Origin: an uncultured bacterium
GTDB taxonomy: Bacteria; Hydrogenedentota; Hydrogenedentia; Hydrogenedentales; JAEUWI01
Length of the DNA stretch: 28,734 bases
Direction: 5' to 3'
Assembly (NCBI GenBank): GCA_963977445.1
Contig: CAXBPH010000065.1
Location: 1-28,734, forward strand
Shown here: positions 27,701 through 28,734 of the stretch, in pieces
Layout of the letters: the number at the start of each line of letters is the position of its first letter
How positions within the stretch are numbered: the stretch's first letter is position 1
Made by a program: the position numbers and the translations under genes
The notes under the pieces: model-generated
The model's input: only the letters and a program-made list of their open reading frames with translations
What the model was told of the DNA's origin: nothing
Database searches by the model: none

Positions 27701-28119
27701 TCGAGATCGTAGACGGCCAACGCTGTGGCACCCCATTCAATCGTGCCGGGTAGATTGTATTTCCAGATGGGGTCACCCGTTTTCCCTGCCAGACAGAAAA
27801 TGGTGCCCGTCTGATTTACCACGAGAACTTCCGGGAACTCATCCTCCACCAGATTGGCGACGGTGGGCGATGTGCTGATGGGAATCTGGACACCCTGCAT
27901 CCACACCTGACGTCCCTGACTATCCACGACAAGGGTGCTTCCGGCCGTCGTGGTCATGACGAGCTCAGGGATGCCATCGCCATCCATGTCGGCAACCGCC
28001 GGTGAGGAATCCACCAGGCCCAAGGGTGGTTTGAAGGACCAGAGGACTTCCCGTGCGCTGACCGAAACAGAAAGGCTAAGCAAGACGAAGGGCAGCGTGA
28101 AGAGGCGAAGAAGATACAT
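24724..28119 (-). CDS. Exported FG-GAP/PQQ-like beta-propeller + DUF4091/GH123-like glycoside hydrolase domain protein
   Basis: Signal peptide; repeats SP(AV)ADxDGDG (DMDGDG, DLDGDG, DIDGDG, DGDEDG, DIDGDD, DLDGKG); C-terminal YPIDEPG, VDIWCPN, MWNYEC, SKRWEAVRDGVEDY. Start at 28119 or 28128 is more likely than 28191. Confidence 0.82.
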   Translation of the reverse strand: MYLLRLFTLPFVLLSLSVSVSAREVLWSFKPPLGLVDSSPAVADMDGDGIPELVMTTTAGSTLVVDSQGRQVWMQGVQIPISTSPTVANLVEDEFPEVLVVNQTGTIFCLAGKTGDPIWKYNLPGTIEWGATALAVYDLDGDGDLEIIATDNQSNVICLSNDGEKVWQYTGDHGFARCPAIGTVGKGKEPVILIGGANVPLLCLDAQGKERWRLEGKAQGASPVIADIDGDGYNEIVGSSDNALIRVDSAGKVLWKHDMPKSIDSSIAVGDGDEDGVVDIYSVDLAGTFVVLDPNGKKQWGADVRERVRRTPAIADIDGDDKLEVVVAGYSGEMYIFSGDGELKESIAVPNTTNAAPTVIDLDGKGTPSILYVTGTGDILAYHWPEAKADAKVQWPAYRFNEHRTGAFVPATDQSPVRIVSFDGGRFYAGTNRVQVTVENPEGEELQIETRIARSDKKDVVFTEGSAETLITATADYAIDMAAPSQVTITSRVLADEKVLAQRVATSYIVPFRQELADLTRRLAVVRENANALPKAYALLGEIAALDAGVGGYSAQAAIFGTLTDVARRELRDALRNDLNRLESLEVLTNAALSHQKAGDWPLQLAAANPWAPFGGLDEVIEGRMDGKRVEVAAFQGESESAAISIVNWAEASLTTRVELDDFVLSGEEEKTAQRALGFVTLHEVIDVPTQTLDKSADALPTMNQGQALILPGWEGRQLWLTIDTTTLNPGIWKSKVHFRSLEVESVDYEIPIRLEIFETAQADTNVLRHCNWGYVAGSRLKNHEAESIADRVAHGNNVFVSTYLPKATYDNDGILVGEIDYTAHDTFMGKYAAHGLILFHNNHPITTEAPADSAAYEKAYSHYMRTWVKHLAELGVGYDGFAMYPIDEPGLNDGLVDAYLHNARLTRAADPKVQMYTDPVARITEEELREMTPYVDIWCPNRVGFLLDVGAEKLKIMQDSGATMWNYECLGNAKHQSPLGYYRGQAWLAWHHNLTGIGFWSYCTSGADPWYRPQDTLDYLMTYQGDGVVASKRWEAVRDGVEDYAMLYALRSAVEAAKKAKRDDETIAQAEAILGEKSSAVGAFCGIDAEGTVPGKGGMPALRLLADKRFQAITEVREEIARLLERLTAP

Positions 28120-28573
28120 GGTGAACATTCCCAAGATGTGTGATAAAAAGCCATTGCCGAATGCACCACGAGTGAAAGAGATACGGTGCATTCAAAGGCA
28201 CTTGGATAGCATAAGAATTCGTCGGGGTGAAGTCAATGAGACGACCAGATTTATGGCAATTGCATTAAAAATGTCCGGTAGACTTCGTTTCCCATTTGCT
28301 GAACAGTATGGACGCCGGGGTGCCACCCGATTCGGTATTCCCGGTCAAAGATCCGCCGCAGGAGGATTCGGGTGCTTTGGGCGTCGATTACGGGGTGGCA
28401 CCATCGGGTTGACATCGAAAAATCGGGACTCGGATGCGCTTCCTGCTTCTTGAAGCGCCAGTATGGCACAGCGGCCCTGCCAAACAAAGCCCCTTTCCCG
28501 GAAAGGCTCAATTTCGCCCATTCACATAAAACCCCTCGAATTCCTGCCCGCACGTGCGATACAGTATCGGGCT

Positions 28574-28734
28574 ATGATACTTCGATTTTCCAACACATTA
28601 GCGAACAAGCTCAAATCTCGCCCCACGACCTTGCACCCCATGCACGCAAACGCTTTTGCGGACTGGTCCATCCACTACATCCGGGTGGATCGCCAGCCCT
28701 ATTGCCTGGCCATGAACACGCGGGCACTGTATAC
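28574..28734 (+). CDS. DUF6933-like protein, N-terminal part (truncated by window end; not in ORF track)
   Basis: My translation from ATG 28574: MILRFSNTLANKLKSRPTTLHPMHANAFADWSIHYIRVDRQPYCLAMNTRALY, open to the edge. Resembles the MI.R.T.KL.KKLK...DW..H....R....L..N...LY pattern I recall for DUF6933. Confidence 0.6.
   Translation, partial: MILRFSNTLANKLKSRPTTLHPMHANAFADWSIHYIRVDRQPYCLAMNTRALY

Noticed and set aside
28316..28332. T-box-like AATCGGGTGGCACCCCG on the minus strand
   Set aside because: No recognisable specifier stem or following terminator, and the downstream gene is not amino-acid related.
28251..28553. 100-aa minus-strand ORF
   Set aside because: No recognisable motif or RBS; the region is better described as structured intergenic DNA.
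1..28734. CRISPR array, tRNA/rRNA/tmRNA, IS element, prophage or defence genes
   Set aside because: No repeat-spacer periodicity, RNA gene signatures, or transposase, integrase or nuclease motifs found by eye. An Rfam/tRNAscan run would be needed to exclude divergent RNAs.

Overview
Bacterial chromosomal window with no rRNA, tRNA, CRISPR array, transposase or integrase that I can recognise. The gene repertoire (DUF1559/prepilin-type protein ending [20 protein letters not shown]-type heme-binding dehydrogenase, Tat-exported Gfo/Idh/MocA plus HEAT-repeat pair, sulfatase, PqaA) points to a Hydrogenedentota/PVC-like organism (inference). Order: 3' end of dxs; small zinc-ribbon membrane protein; SO2930-like diheme cytochrome c and parallel beta-helix protein; DUF1559 prepilin-like protein; GntR regulator; large PVC-type CxxCH dehydrogenase; divergent ECF sigma / small anti-sigma / periplasmic helical protein triad; 880-aa secreted fusion ending in a degenerate metallophosphoesterase domain; Gfo/Idh/MocA oxidoreductase and HEAT protein; arylsulfatase; PqaA-family hydrolase with a 12-bp tandem repeat in its signal peptide; mnmG; REC-REC-GGEEF diguanylate cyclase; FG-GAP plus DUF4091/GH123-like protein; and a truncated DUF6933-like gene absent from the ORF track. 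Most of the window encodes exported, poorly characterised proteins probably linked to glycan or periplasmic redox metabolism. I cannot demonstrate a new system from sequence alone. The best candidates for follow-up are the CnrH/Y/X-like ECF triad, the 880-aa fusion, the GntR-prepilin module with its operator-like promoter, and two structured intergenic regions. Family names are from motif recognition, not database searches.
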